Origin: Thermodesulfobacteriota bacterium
GTDB lineage: Bacteria; Desulfobacterota; GWC2-55-46; JADFVP01
Assembly (NCBI GenBank): GCA_046754225.1
Contig: JBHHVI010000001.1
Coordinates: forward strand, 5,776-69,775
Length of the DNA: 64,000 bases
Reading direction: 5' to 3'
Below are positions 10,186 through 20,226 of this stretch, piece after piece. Position 1 is the first letter of the stretch, and every line of letters begins with the position of its first letter. The position numbers and the translations under genes were made by a program. A model generated the notes under the pieces. That model had not been told where the DNA came from. It searched no databases and saw only the letters and a program-made list of their open reading frames with translations.

Positions 10186-11040
10186 ATGGGTGCACCGGCG
10201 GTCAAACAGAAAGTAAGCGTACCCTTTGATTATAATAAGTACTTAAGGAAGGATAAACTCCCCCATATATGGTGCCCGGGCTGCGGTCACGGGATCGTGC
10301 TGAAGTCGCTTTTGAGGGCCATAGACAAGGGCGGACTCAAAAAGGACGATATATGCATGGTCTCCGGCATCGGGTGTTCGAGCAGGACCCCGGGGTACGT
10401 GGACTTCAACACCCTCCATACGATCCACGGACGCGCCTTTGCCTTCGCCACCGGCGTGAAACTGGCGAAACCGGAACTTAACGTCATGGTGGTCTCAGGC
10501 GACGGAGACGCCCTCGCCATAGGCGGAAACCACTTCATACATGTCTGTAGAAGAAATATCGACATGACCATCCTCGTATACAGCAACTCCATCTACGGCA
10601 TGACCGGGGGCCAGTACTCGCCCACGACGCCAGAGGGTTCCGTGGCCACTACAAGCCGCTACGGCAACATAGAGCCGCCCTTCGACTGCTGTGAGATGGC
10701 CAAGGCCGCCGGCGCCACATTCGTCGCCAGGGGGACCGCCTACCATACGCTTGAGCTGGAGAAGATCCTCCTTGAGGCCATAAACCACAAGGGCACATCC
10801 GTCGTGGAGATAATCGACTCATGCCCCATATATTACGGCCGCATGAACAAGTTCAAGAGCGCGAGCCAGATGATGGAAATAATCGAAAAAGAAGGCACCG
10901 TATCGGTTAAACAGGCCGACAGACTCCCCCCTGAGAAGGTCGAGGGCAAAGACCTCCGGGGTATTCTTCACAGGGCTGAAAGGCCGGAATATTGCGAAAA
11001 TTACGACAACCTTATCGTCGGCAAGGCAACGGCAAAATAG
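10186..11040 (+). CDS. korB: 2-oxoacid:ferredoxin oxidoreductase beta subunit (TPP-binding)
   Basis: It has CPGCGHG and the GDG...N TPP-binding motif. Confidence 0.85.
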   Translation: MGAPAVKQKVSVPFDYNKYLRKDKLPHIWCPGCGHGIVLKSLLRAIDKGGLKKDDICMVSGIGCSSRTPGYVDFNTLHTIHGRAFAFATGVKLAKPELNVMVVSGDGDALAIGGNHFIHVCRRNIDMTILVYSNSIYGMTGGQYSPTTPEGSVATTSRYGNIEPPFDCCEMAKAAGATFVARGTAYHTLELEKILLEAINHKGTSVVEIIDSCPIYYGRMNKFKSASQMMEIIEKEGTVSVKQADRLPPEKVEGKDLRGILHRAERPEYCENYDNLIVGKATAK

Positions 11041-11168
11041 TGCCTTTTAAGAGGGAGCGCTTACGATAGCCGCATTTACGATAAGGCCGCATTGGTCTCA
11101 GGCGACAGTCTAAATAGAGTGGTTCGCCGGGTTCACCGTTTATCATTAAGAGGAGGTCTTTAAATACA

Positions 11169-11720
11169 ATGGGCGCGAGATACGAGATACGCTTCAGCGG
11201 ATCAGGCGGCCAGGGCATGATACTCGCCGGTATCGTCATGGCCGAAGCCGCATCCATTTACAGCGACAAGAACGCGGCGCAGAGCCAGTCCTACGGGCCT
11301 GAATCAAGGGGCGGAGCGAGCAAGGCCGAGGTCATTATAAGCGACCAGGCCATAGACTACCCCAAGGCCACCTCCATAGATTGCATGCTCGCCCTTACGC
11401 AGCAGGCCTGCAGTAAATACCATGGGGACATCAAAAAGGGCGGCATCCTGCTTATAGATTCCGACGAGGTGAAGGACGTTCCCCAGGGGGACTTCAAGCT
11501 TATGAGTTTCCCCATCATAGAGACTGCGCGCACGGCACTTGGAAAGACCATCGTCGCCAACATCATATCTCTGGGCATGATAACGGAGCTCACAGGCGTA
11601 GTCACCCACGAGGCCATGGAACAGGCCGTTCTTTCCAGGGTGCCCAAGCCATTCCTCGACCTCAACAAGAAGGCTCTTCAGATAGGCTTTGAAAAGGCCA
11701 GGGAGTTGAAAGGCTCTTAG
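11169..11720 (+). CDS. korC: 2-oxoacid:ferredoxin oxidoreductase gamma subunit
   Basis: 183 aa. IRFSGSGGQGMILAG is the start typical of a gamma subunit. Confidence 0.8.
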   Translation: MGARYEIRFSGSGGQGMILAGIVMAEAASIYSDKNAAQSQSYGPESRGGASKAEVIISDQAIDYPKATSIDCMLALTQQACSKYHGDIKKGGILLIDSDEVKDVPQGDFKLMSFPIIETARTALGKTIVANIISLGMITELTGVVTHEAMEQAVLSRVPKPFLDLNKKALQIGFEKARELKGS

Positions 11721-11893
11721 CCGGCACTTATCACTCCGGGCCGGAATAACCTCCGGCCTTTTTTACATAAAACCCCTTTTGTAAATTCAGTGAACTCTCG
11801 GTAAAGATTTTTCATACAAAAGAATTGAAATACATCCTTGACACAGAGCAGTGAGAGTCCCGGGAGGTTATTCTGGTTATCCATGATCTCATA

Positions 11894-13543
11894 GTGGTCG
11901 GAGGGGGGCTCGCAGGGATGAGGGCCGCCATAGAGGCCGCAAAGGGCGGACTCAACGTGGCTCTCGTCACCAAGGTCTATCCCGTAAGGAGCCATTCCGT
12001 GGCCGCACAGGGGGGGATAAACGCCGCCCTCAAGGCCGAGGACTCCTGGCAGGACCACATGCACGACACCGTAAAGGGGAGCGATTTCCTCGCCGACCAG
12101 GACGCCGTGGAGGTCCTCTGCAAGGAGGCCCCAGAGGATATCCTCGAGATAGAGTCCATGGGCGGCATCTTCAGCCGCGACCCTTCCGGCGACATAGCCC
12201 AGAGGCCTTTCGGCGCCGCGAGTTTTCCCAGGACCTGTTATCTCTCCGACAGGACGGGGCACAGTCTCGTCCACGTCCTCTACGAACAACTCCTTAAATA
12301 CGCCGTCGTTGTGTACGAGGAATGGTACGTTATAAAACTCGTCGTCGAGGAGAATATAACACGCGGCATAATCGCCTATGAGCTCTCGAGCGGGAAACTC
12401 CACCGCCTCCACTCAAAGGCGGTCCTTCTCGCCACAGGGGGCTACGGCCGGGTTTATAAAACTACGACCAACGCCCTCACCTCAACGGGTGACGGCATGG
12501 GGCTCGCGCTGACTGCCGGGGCCGAGCTCATGGATATGGAGTTCGTCCAGTTCCATCCCACGGTGCTGAAACGCACGGGCATACTTATGACCGAGGGGGC
12601 AAGGGGCGAGGGAGGATACCTCCTTAACTCAAAGGGTGAGCGGTTCATGGAGCGCTACGCCCCCCATGCCCTCGAGCTGGCAAGCCGCGACGTGGTATCA
12701 AGGGCGGAGCAGACCGAGATAGAGGAAGGCAGGGGCGTTGACGGCTGCGTGCTCCTCGATATCAGGCATCTCGGAAGAGAAAAAATACTGGAGCGCCTCA
12801 GCCAGATCCGCGACCTCGCCATCGACTTCGCCGGGGTAGACCCCGTGGAGGAGCCTATCCCCGTACGGCCCGGAGCACATTATTCCATGGGCGGCATCAA
12901 GACGGACGTGGACGGGGCCACGTCCGTTACAGGGCTCTACGCCGCGGGTGAATGCGCATGTGTGAGCGTACACGGCGCCAACAGGTTAGGGGGCAACTCG
13001 CTCCTTGAAACGATCGTCTTCGGCAGGCGCGCCGGGGCGAAGGCCGTGGAGTTCGCAGAGAACTCTCCCCTCTCGGACTTCCCTGAAAGCTTCCTGAAGG
13101 ATACGGCCAATGAAATCGCCGACATGGTAAAGGTTGAAAACGGGGAGACCGCCTACTTGATAATGAATGAACTGAAAGAGACGATGGAGGAATGCTGCGG
13201 CGTCTTCAGGGACAGAGAAAGGGTCACGAGGGGGCTTAACAAGGTAAAAGAACTGAAGGAGCGTTTCCCGCGTATTTCGCTCTCGGACAGGAACGACTAT
13301 TTCAATACCGAGCTCCCCGGTCTCATCGAACTTAAAAACATGCTCGACATCTCCGAGGCGATCCTCATGGGCGCCGTTGAGAGGAGAGAGTCCAGGGGCT
13401 CTCACTGCAGGACAGGTTTTCCAGGTCGTGACGACAAGAACTGGCTCAAGCATACCACGATAAAAAAAGAAGGCGGCGGGTATAAACTTGGATACCGCGA
13501 GGTAACCATAACAAAATTCCAGCCTGAGGAAAGAAAATACTAA
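11894..13543 (+). CDS. frdA: Fumarate reductase/succinate dehydrogenase flavoprotein subunit
   Basis: [12 protein letters not shown]...[14 protein letters not shown] (covalent-FAD His) ...HYSMGGI...[12 protein letters not shown]. Nt 11894 is GTG. The frame stays open upstream as HDLIVVGGG, so the true start is probably a non-ATG codon near 11870-11880, downstream of a GGGAGG at 11862-11867. Confidence 0.85.
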   Translation: MVGGGLAGMRAAIEAAKGGLNVALVTKVYPVRSHSVAAQGGINAALKAEDSWQDHMHDTVKGSDFLADQDAVEVLCKEAPEDILEIESMGGIFSRDPSGDIAQRPFGAASFPRTCYLSDRTGHSLVHVLYEQLLKYAVVVYEEWYVIKLVVEENITRGIIAYELSSGKLHRLHSKAVLLATGGYGRVYKTTTNALTSTGDGMGLALTAGAELMDMEFVQFHPTVLKRTGILMTEGARGEGGYLLNSKGERFMERYAPHALELASRDVVSRAEQTEIEEGRGVDGCVLLDIRHLGREKILERLSQIRDLAIDFAGVDPVEEPIPVRPGAHYSMGGIKTDVDGATSVTGLYAAGECACVSVHGANRLGGNSLLETIVFGRRAGAKAVEFAENSPLSDFPESFLKDTANEIADMVKVENGETAYLIMNELKETMEECCGVFRDRERVTRGLNKVKELKERFPRISLSDRNDYFNTELPGLIELKNMLDISEAILMGAVERRESRGSHCRTGFPGRDDKNWLKHTTIKKEGGGYKLGYREVTITKFQPEERKY

Positions 13544-13573
13544 GCCGGTATAATTAATAAATTCTTCTGAACA

Positions 13574-14536
13574 ATGAAAATACAGATAAAGATAAAACGC
13601 TTCAACCCCTCGGAAGGCGAATCCAGTGAGCCTTACATACAGGCCTATAACGTAAAAGCGGCCGCCGGGATGAGTATCCTTGAAGCGCTCCTGAAGATCG
13701 CCGAAGAGGAAGACCCCACCCTCGGCTTCAGAAGGTCCTGCAGGTCCGCCATATGCGGGTCCTGCGCCGTAAAGATAAACGGCTTCTCGAAACTCGCCTG
13801 CAAGACGCAGATAATCCCGGAATACAAAAAGCAGGGAGCGCTCCTCATAGAGCCCCTCGCAAACTACCCGGTCCTTAAAGACCTTATAGTGGGCTTTGAC
13901 AGGTTCTGGAATAACATGGGTAAGGTTACGCCCTACCTGACGCCGGCGGCCGGGGCCCTGCACATGGAAAAAATAACCAAAGAGGACGCCGACAGGATAG
14001 ACAGTTCTCAGAAATGCATCATGTGCGGCTCGTGCAACTCCGAGTGTAACGCCCTTGAAATCGACTCCCATTATATAGGCCCCTCGGCGCTGGCCAAGGC
14101 GTGGAGGTTCGTAGGCGACGTGCGGGAGGGGGCGCCGGAAAAGAGGCTCAGGCGCATGAGCGCCGAGCACGGCATGTGGGACTGCGTGAGATGCGTGCAC
14201 TGCACCCAGTACTGCCCCAAACAGGTGGCGCCTTTAAAACAGATAGAGAGACTCCGCTCGGGGGCCATAAAGAAGGGGCTCCATGACAACCCCGGGGCCA
14301 AGCACGTCCTCTCCATGTCGAACTCCATAAAGCGCGTGGGACGCCTCGACGAGGCGGCTATGACCTTCAAGACCCTCGGGTTTCTAAGGTCTCTGGGCAT
14401 GATACCCTTCGGGATAAAGATGGAGATCCACGGCAAGATGCCCAAGCCCCTCATATTTTCCCAGATAGGCGGTATCGATGAAGTCAAAAAGATATATGAA
14501 GAGATTGAAGGGGCAGAGGCGGAGGAGAAAAAATAG
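13574..14536 (+). CDS. frdB: Fumarate reductase/succinate dehydrogenase iron-sulfur subunit
   Basis: A 2Fe-2S motif (CRSAICGSCAVKING) is followed by CIMCGSCNSEC and CVRCVHCTQYCP. Confidence 0.85.
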   Translation: MKIQIKIKRFNPSEGESSEPYIQAYNVKAAAGMSILEALLKIAEEEDPTLGFRRSCRSAICGSCAVKINGFSKLACKTQIIPEYKKQGALLIEPLANYPVLKDLIVGFDRFWNNMGKVTPYLTPAAGALHMEKITKEDADRIDSSQKCIMCGSCNSECNALEIDSHYIGPSALAKAWRFVGDVREGAPEKRLRRMSAEHGMWDCVRCVHCTQYCPKQVAPLKQIERLRSGAIKKGLHDNPGAKHVLSMSNSIKRVGRLDEAAMTFKTLGFLRSLGMIPFGIKMEIHGKMPKPLIFSQIGGIDEVKKIYEEIEGAEAEEKK

Positions 14537-14542
14537 GTTACA

Positions 14543-15415
14543 ATGGATAAACTGAAGTACGCATATTATCCCGGCTGCGCCTCCAGTGAGATGACCAAAG
14601 AGGCCAACGATACGACACGGCTGGTGGCCTCGGCCCTCGGCATTGAACTTCGTGATATGCCCAGGGCGAACTGCTGCGGCGCCGGGCTCATGAAGGACTA
14701 CGACTATGACCTCAACATAGCGCTTAACGCCCGCATCTTCGCCGAGGCCGAGGTGATGGGCCTTGATATCATGACCATATGCTCAACGTGTCTCATGGTG
14801 ATGAGTACGGCCAACAGGGACTTGAAGCGCGACGCCGGGCTCCTCGAAAGGACAAACCTGATACTTGAAAGGGCCGGGCTCCATTACAGCGGAAAGGTTG
14901 AGGTAACGCAGCTTCTCTGGGTCCTCGCGAAGGATTACGGTCTTGAAAACCTCAAGCGGCAGGTGACCAAGCCGCTCAACTGGCTCAAGGTAGCGCCCTT
15001 TTACGGTTGCCACAGCCTGAGGCCATCGGACGCCCTCGGCTTTGACGACCCGGAAAAACCTGAGTCTCTCGAGTCGGTCATAAAGGCCGTGGGGGCCGAT
15101 GTGGTGGATTACAAGGGAAAGACCAAATGCTGCGGTTTTCAGATTAACCTTGTAAGTGAGGATACGGCGGTGGGCATGACGGGAACGAGGCTGCTTGACG
15201 CCAAGGCAGGCGGCGCAAGGTGCGTGGTGACCCCATGCCCTTTCTGCCACATAAACCTCGATAACTACCAGGGGTTGGCGGAGAAAAAGGTAATGCATAT
15301 GATAGGCCTGCCCGTATTTCACCTGCCCCAGCTTGTGGGCCTGGCGATGGGGCTCACGGCCGAGGAGATGGGGCTCTCGCGCCACCTCGTAAGCATGGAA
15401 GGGATTTACAGGTAA
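14543..15415 (+). CDS. HdrB-like CCG-domain subunit (SdhE/FrdE of type-E succinate:quinone oxidoreductases)
   Basis: 290 aa with two cysteine-rich CCG-type domains (YYPGCAS...CCGAG and YGCHS...CCGF...CPFCHINLD), directly after frdAB. Confidence 0.75.
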   Translation: MDKLKYAYYPGCASSEMTKEANDTTRLVASALGIELRDMPRANCCGAGLMKDYDYDLNIALNARIFAEAEVMGLDIMTICSTCLMVMSTANRDLKRDAGLLERTNLILERAGLHYSGKVEVTQLLWVLAKDYGLENLKRQVTKPLNWLKVAPFYGCHSLRPSDALGFDDPEKPESLESVIKAVGADVVDYKGKTKCCGFQINLVSEDTAVGMTGTRLLDAKAGGARCVVTPCPFCHINLDNYQGLAEKKVMHMIGLPVFHLPQLVGLAMGLTAEEMGLSRHLVSMEGIYR

Positions 15416-15506
15416 CCCCCCCCTTCTTCCCCCCGGAGACACCAGAGAAGCGAAAGACTTTTCAGACTTCCCGCGCCTTTTTCAGCCCCCTTGCTCCGGG
15501 CAAAAA

Positions 15507-16172
15507 CTAATACTTCGAGATATTCAACTCCTCCATCTTACCCGTTACCATGTAGACCACCCTTTCGGCTATGTTGGTAACCCTGTCGGCTATTCTCTCG
15601 AGGTTGTGCGCGGCCCATATAAGGTGCGTGGCGCCCTCGATTATCTTCGGGTTTTCTATCATCATCAGGAGAAGCTCCCTGTAAATCTGGTCGTAGAGAG
15701 CGTCAACCTTATCATCGTCACCGCAGACCTTGCGCGCCGACTTTACGTCTTTCGCCATAAAGGCCTCCATTGTCCTGCTGAGCATGTCTCCCGCTATCTC
15801 GGCCATCCTGGGCAGGTCTATAAGGGGCTTGACGAGGGGGTCGTCCCCTATGAGTATGCTTATCTTCGCTATCCCTTCGGCATGGTCGCCTATCCTCTCG
15901 AGGTCGGTTATTATGTTTATCACGGCTCCGAGCATCCTCAAGTCCTTTGCCATGGGCTGCTGCGTGGCGATAAGCATCATGCACTCTTTCTCTATATTAA
16001 AGCGCAACTTGTTTATACGGGCGTCGTCCTTGACGACCTTCTTGGAAGCCGCCAGATCGCGCGTCTTGAGCGCCTCCATCGCTTTATTCAGCGCCACGCC
16101 GACCATCTCGCCCATCTTAAGGAGTTCTTCCCGAAGGTCCTTAAGCGCCTTATGGTACGCCTTTCTCGTCAT
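15507..16172 (-). CDS. phoU: Phosphate signalling complex protein PhoU
   Basis: 221 aa with PhoU repeats (…ITDLERIGDHAEGIAK… and …LERIADRVTNIAERV…). Confidence 0.9.
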   Translation of the reverse strand: MTRKAYHKALKDLREELLKMGEMVGVALNKAMEALKTRDLAASKKVVKDDARINKLRFNIEKECMMLIATQQPMAKDLRMLGAVINIITDLERIGDHAEGIAKISILIGDDPLVKPLIDLPRMAEIAGDMLSRTMEAFMAKDVKSARKVCGDDDKVDALYDQIYRELLLMMIENPKIIEGATHLIWAAHNLERIADRVTNIAERVVYMVTGKMEELNISKY

Positions 16173-16210
16173 CTCTCCTCCATTGTCTTAAAAAGATTTA
16201 CCTTTATCTC

Positions 16211-16975
16211 TTAGCCGAACCTTCCCGTTATATAACTTTCAGTAAGTTTGTTACCGGGGGTGGTGAATATCTTCTGCGTCTTGTCGAATTCCACAAGTTC
16301 CCCGAGCATGAAAAAACCGGTATACTCCGAGACCCTCGCCGCCTGCTGCATGTTGTGCGTGACGATTACAATGGTGTAGTTCTCCTTCAATTCCGCCATA
16401 AGGTCCTCGATCCTCGATGTGGAGACCGGGTCAAGGGCCGAGCACGGCTCGTCAAAGAGTATTGTGTCCGGCCTCACTGCCACGGCCCGCGCTATGCAGA
16501 GCCTCTGCTGCTGGCCCCCGGAGAGCGCCTGTGATGACTTCATGAGCCTGTCCTTTGTCTCATCCCAGAGGTAGGTGTCCTTGAGGGCCTTCTCCACCCT
16601 GTCCCGGAGCTCGCTTTTGTTCTTAAGGCCCCTTAAGCGGAGTCCGAACGCGATATTTTCGAAGATGGACAGGGGGAAAGGCGTGGGCTTCTGAAAGACC
16701 ATGCCGATTATGGTCCTGAGCTTCATAAGGTCGGTGCCGGGCCCGAGGATGTCCTTGCCGTCAAGGAGTATCTCGCCTTCATAACGGTTGCCGTGGTAGA
16801 GGTCGTGCATCCTGTTAAGACACCTTAAAAAGGTGGTCTTTCCGCACCCCGACGGCCCTATAAGGGCCGTCACCTCGTTCTTGTGCACGGGCATGGAGAT
16901 GCCCTTCAGGGCGTGGACGCCCCCGGCGTAGTAGAAGCTGAGGTCTTTTATCTCTATCTTTATGTCCTTTTTCAT
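16211..16975 (-). CDS. pstB: Phosphate ABC transporter ATP-binding protein
   Basis: Walker [10 protein letters not shown], signature LSGGQQQRL. The start was placed at MKKDIK, giving an ATGA overlap with the pstA stop. Confidence 0.9.
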   Translation of the reverse strand: MKKDIKIEIKDLSFYYAGGVHALKGISMPVHKNEVTALIGPSGCGKTTFLRCLNRMHDLYHGNRYEGEILLDGKDILGPGTDLMKLRTIIGMVFQKPTPFPLSIFENIAFGLRLRGLKNKSELRDRVEKALKDTYLWDETKDRLMKSSQALSGGQQQRLCIARAVAVRPDTILFDEPCSALDPVSTSRIEDLMAELKENYTIVIVTHNMQQAARVSEYTGFFMLGELVEFDKTQKIFTTPGNKLTESYITGRFG

Positions 16976-17817
16976 CCCGCCCTGTACTTCCATTTTATGA
17001 TAAATCTCCCTAATATGGTCAGCGCTAAGATGAAGAGCGCTATAATAAGCGAGGCGGCCCAGGCCTGGGCGTGCCAGGAGTCGTAAGGGCCCATGGCGTA
17101 CTGGAATATGGTCACCGTAAGGGACGCCATGGGCTCGTTCATGTTGGTGGAAAAGAAGGAGCTGTTAAAAGACGTAAAGAGAAGCGGCGCCGTCTCGCCC
17201 ACTATCCTTGATATGGACAGGAGTATCCCCGTAAGGATGCCGGCCGATGCGCCCCTGTAGACGACCTTGAATATGACCTTGTAGTACGGGGCGCCGAGGG
17301 CGAAGGCCGCCTCCCTCAATGACCAGGGCACGAGGCGCAGCATGTCCTCGGTGGTTCTGATGACGACGGGCACCATTATAACGGCGAGGGCAACAGCGCC
17401 GGCCCAGCCGCTGAAGTGCCCCATGGGCTTTACGAGTATGGCGTATATGAAGGTCCCTATGACGATGGAAGGGACGCTCACCATGGTATCGGAAAGCACG
17501 CTTACCACCCTGGCGTAAAAGCTGCCACGGGCGTATTCGGAGATAAAAGTGCCTCCCAGGAGCCCCAGGGGCACGCCTATGATGGTGGCGAAGAATACTA
17601 TGATAAGCTGGCCCACGAGGGCGTTCCTGAGCCCCCCGCCCTCAAGCCCGGCCGGAGCGGGGTCGTTAAGGAAGAGGGCCGGCCCCAGGGCGCCTATGCC
17701 CTGGACCACCACATCGAAGAGTATGAAAAAGAGCCAGAAGAGCCCCAGGAGCGTGGCGAGGGTGCAGAGCGTCAGCACTGTGTAGTTTACTATCTTCCTC
17801 CTCGTCACAACAGTCAT
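16972..17817 (-). CDS. pstA: Phosphate ABC transporter permease PstA
   Basis: A polytopic permease carrying the EAA-like loop ([11 protein letters not shown]). Confidence 0.85.
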   Translation of the reverse strand: MTVVTRRKIVNYTVLTLCTLATLLGLFWLFFILFDVVVQGIGALGPALFLNDPAPAGLEGGGLRNALVGQLIIVFFATIIGVPLGLLGGTFISEYARGSFYARVVSVLSDTMVSVPSIVIGTFIYAILVKPMGHFSGWAGAVALAVIMVPVVIRTTEDMLRLVPWSLREAAFALGAPYYKVIFKVVYRGASAGILTGILLSISRIVGETAPLLFTSFNSSFFSTNMNEPMASLTVTIFQYAMGPYDSWHAQAWAASLIIALFILALTILGRFIIKWKYRAG

Positions 17818-17818
17818 A

Positions 17819-18754
17819 TCAGGACCTCCTCTCAGCCCTCAGCACAAGCATCTTCGCCGCGGCCAGTACGATAAAACTGAAGACAAAGAGGATGAGTGCG
17901 AGGTAAAAGAGCGAGGAAAGGTATATGTCCGTATCGGCCTCCGTAAACTCATTGGCGAGAGTTACGGTTATGGTCGAGGCAACGTCAATGAGCGACCATG
18001 TTATCTTGTGGTCCCCGCCAAGGACAAAGGCCACGGCCATGGTCTCTCCAATGGCGCGGCCGAGGGAAAGGATTACGCCTCCAAGCACCCCTATCTTCGA
18101 GTGCGGTATGACGACGTTCCTTATGACCTCCCATTTGGTGGCCCCGAGGCCGTAGGCCGACTCCTTTACGACAGGGGGCGTGAGGTTAAAGGCGTCCCTT
18201 GAGATGCTCGCCGTAAAGGGGATAATCATGATGCTCAAGACCACGGAGGCCGTGAGGATGTCTATCCCCATAGGCGTGCCCTCAAAGAGAACGCCCACAA
18301 ACGGCAGCGTCCCGAAGGTGCTTTGAAGCATGGGCTCTATATAGTCGGCCATTATGGGGGCGAGGGTAAAGAGCCCCCACATACCGTAGACTATACTCGG
18401 TATGGCCGCGAGAAGCTCTATGGCCACGCCGGCGGGACCTTTGAGAAACTTGGGAGAGAGCTCCGTGATGAAGATCGCTACCCCTATGGCCACGGGAACG
18501 GCGAGAACGAGGGCGAGTACGGTGGTGACAATAGTGCCAAAAAGGGCCGTAGCCCCTCCGAAGACCTCTCTCACCGGGTCCCAGTCCGTGGATATGATAA
18601 AGCGCCATACGCCGAACCGTTCAATGGCGAGGGAAGACTCTGAAAGGAGGACATAAAAGATGCCGATAATCAAGAAAACCACGGATAAAGAGGCCGCACC
18701 CGTCAACAGATAAGCGGTCAGGTCCCCCGGGTCCCTTTTAAGCTTTAAGGCCAA
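17819..18754 (-). CDS. pstC: Phosphate ABC transporter permease PstC
   Basis: A polytopic permease (ESAYGLGATKWE loop), second permease of the pst operon. Confidence 0.85.
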   Translation of the reverse strand: MALKLKRDPGDLTAYLLTGAASLSVVFLIIGIFYVLLSESSLAIERFGVWRFIISTDWDPVREVFGGATALFGTIVTTVLALVLAVPVAIGVAIFITELSPKFLKGPAGVAIELLAAIPSIVYGMWGLFTLAPIMADYIEPMLQSTFGTLPFVGVLFEGTPMGIDILTASVVLSIMIIPFTASISRDAFNLTPPVVKESAYGLGATKWEVIRNVVIPHSKIGVLGGVILSLGRAIGETMAVAFVLGGDHKITWSLIDVASTITVTLANEFTEADTDIYLSSLFYLALILFVFSFIVLAAAKMLVLRAERRS

Positions 18755-18911
18755 CTCCCCTCCATAACAGAGAAAATTCTGAGCGAATACACAAGAAATA
18801 CCACATAGCTTATAATTTTTGTAGTATAAAAATCAGTAAATCTCCCTGCCAAAGAGAGGCGTCCACCGCGAATCCCCTTACACCACCCTTTATACGCCTC
18901 AGAAAAGTATA

Positions 18912-18946
18912 GGGCGGGCCTTCAAGTAGCCAGCCCGCCCTTTTTT
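18912..18946. terminator. GC-rich hairpin (GGGCGGGC...GCCCGCCC) with a T6 run between pstS and pstCAB; probable intercistronic attenuator
   Basis: Seen directly: an 8-bp stem with a T-run on the + strand. The flanking genes are on the - strand, where the U-run is weaker (UAUACUUUUCUG). Confidence 0.35.
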
Positions 18947-18981
18947 AAAGAGCCGTCCGAGCCTGCCTCAAGGAAAGAGGC

Positions 18982-19998
18982 TCAGTATATCCCCTTCGCC
19001 TTCCAGTACTCCCTCACCTTCTTCTTGAGCGAATCGGGCAGCGGCACATAGACGAGCCTCTCGGCGGTCTTGTCGCCGTTTTCATAGGCCCAGTCATAAA
19101 ACTTCACCACCAGTCTGTTCGAGTCTTTTTTCTCTTTGGCGAGGAGGATAAAGGTGGCCCCGGCAATGGGCCAGGCCTTTTTCCCGGGTGCGTTTACGAG
19201 CCATAGGTAAAAGTGCTTATCAGGGTCGAAGCTGGCAGAGGCGGCGGCGGCCTTGAAGCTGGTGAAGTCGGGCTTTACGAATCTACCGGCCGAATTTTTG
19301 AGAGAGACGTAGTTCATGCGGCTCTGCTTGGCGTAGGCGAATTCAACGTAGCCTATGGAGTTCTTTACCCTTTTTACATAGTTGGCGACCCCCTCGTTGC
19401 CCTTTCCGCCTATGCCCACAGGCCATTTAACGGCCTTGCCGGCCCCGACTGTCTCTTTCCAGTCGTTGCAGACATTGCTTAAGTAGCTCGTATATATGGC
19501 GGTCGTGCCCGAGCCGTCGGAGCGCCTTACAACGGTTATCTTTTTATGGCCGACGTTAAGGCCCGGGTTCAGCTTCTTTATCGCGACGTTATCCCAGTAT
19601 TTGATATTACCGAGGAATATGGAGCAGAGCAGCCCGGAGTCCAGTTTCATCTGCCCCGTTTTTACGCCCTTAATATTTATTACAGGCACAACCCCGCCGA
19701 TTACAGCCGGGAACTGGAGAAGTTTCTTCGCGGCGAGTTTGGAAGGCTTTAAAGGGGCGTCGGAGGCGCCGAAGTCCACCGTCCTGTTGGATATCTGCCT
19801 CTGCCCGCCCCCCGAGCCTATGGACTGGTAGTTGAGCTTAACGCCCGTATCCTTATAATAAGCCTGCCCCCACGCCGAATAGACGGGGTATGGGAATGAC
19901 GCCCCGGCGCCGTTCAACATCCCTTTGGCGTAGCTGTCGGTTACACCGGAAAAACCTATAAAGATCGTTACTATGGCAACAATTAATGACCTCAACAT
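18982..19998 (-). CDS. pstS: Phosphate ABC transporter substrate-binding protein
   Basis: 338 aa with a signal peptide and PBP motifs (GAGASFPYPVY...GSGGG). Confidence 0.85.
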   Translation of the reverse strand: MLRSLIVAIVTIFIGFSGVTDSYAKGMLNGAGASFPYPVYSAWGQAYYKDTGVKLNYQSIGSGGGQRQISNRTVDFGASDAPLKPSKLAAKKLLQFPAVIGGVVPVINIKGVKTGQMKLDSGLLCSIFLGNIKYWDNVAIKKLNPGLNVGHKKITVVRRSDGSGTTAIYTSYLSNVCNDWKETVGAGKAVKWPVGIGGKGNEGVANYVKRVKNSIGYVEFAYAKQSRMNYVSLKNSAGRFVKPDFTSFKAAAASASFDPDKHFYLWLVNAPGKKAWPIAGATFILLAKEKKDSNRLVVKFYDWAYENGDKTAERLVYVPLPDSLKKKVREYWKAKGIY

Positions 19999-20226
19999 CT
20001 TTTTTTCTCCTGATTTAGATTGAAGGCTGAAAAGAAACTGTCTATTTTTAACATGGATACCGCTTTTCTTTATCTTATACGCCCGCGCTCGGCGAGGCGA
20101 TTTTTTTTAATTAGGGGCGGGGATGAGCCGCCCCCGGAGGTGGATGAAGAGCCGTCCAGTATTATATACCGGGACGGCATTTACGGGGTTTTTTTATGCA
20201 CTCCCCGTAAATTCCTTTAACCGGCC

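Noticed and set aside
12986-14200. A 404-aa ORF on the minus strand antisense to frdA/frdB. Other long antisense ORFs occur at 1015-1650, 4797-5453, 11717-12412, 14783-15442, 15606-16214, 44473-45450, 47648-48631 and 57922-59097.
   Set aside because: They sit opposite well-supported conserved genes, have no recognisable motifs, and are typical GC-rich shadow ORFs.
20037-20054. A CTGTCTA-N4-TAACATG Pho-box-like pair upstream of pstS
   Set aside because: Its orientation is opposite to the clearer array at 21721-21760 and the second half-site is poor, so I left it uncalled.
19999-20226. Hairpins GCCGTCC...GGACGGC and GGGGCGG...CCGCCCC between the porin gene and pstS as rho-independent terminators
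   Set aside because: The T or A runs are on the wrong side for the minus-strand transcripts, so I could not assign a strand-consistent terminator.
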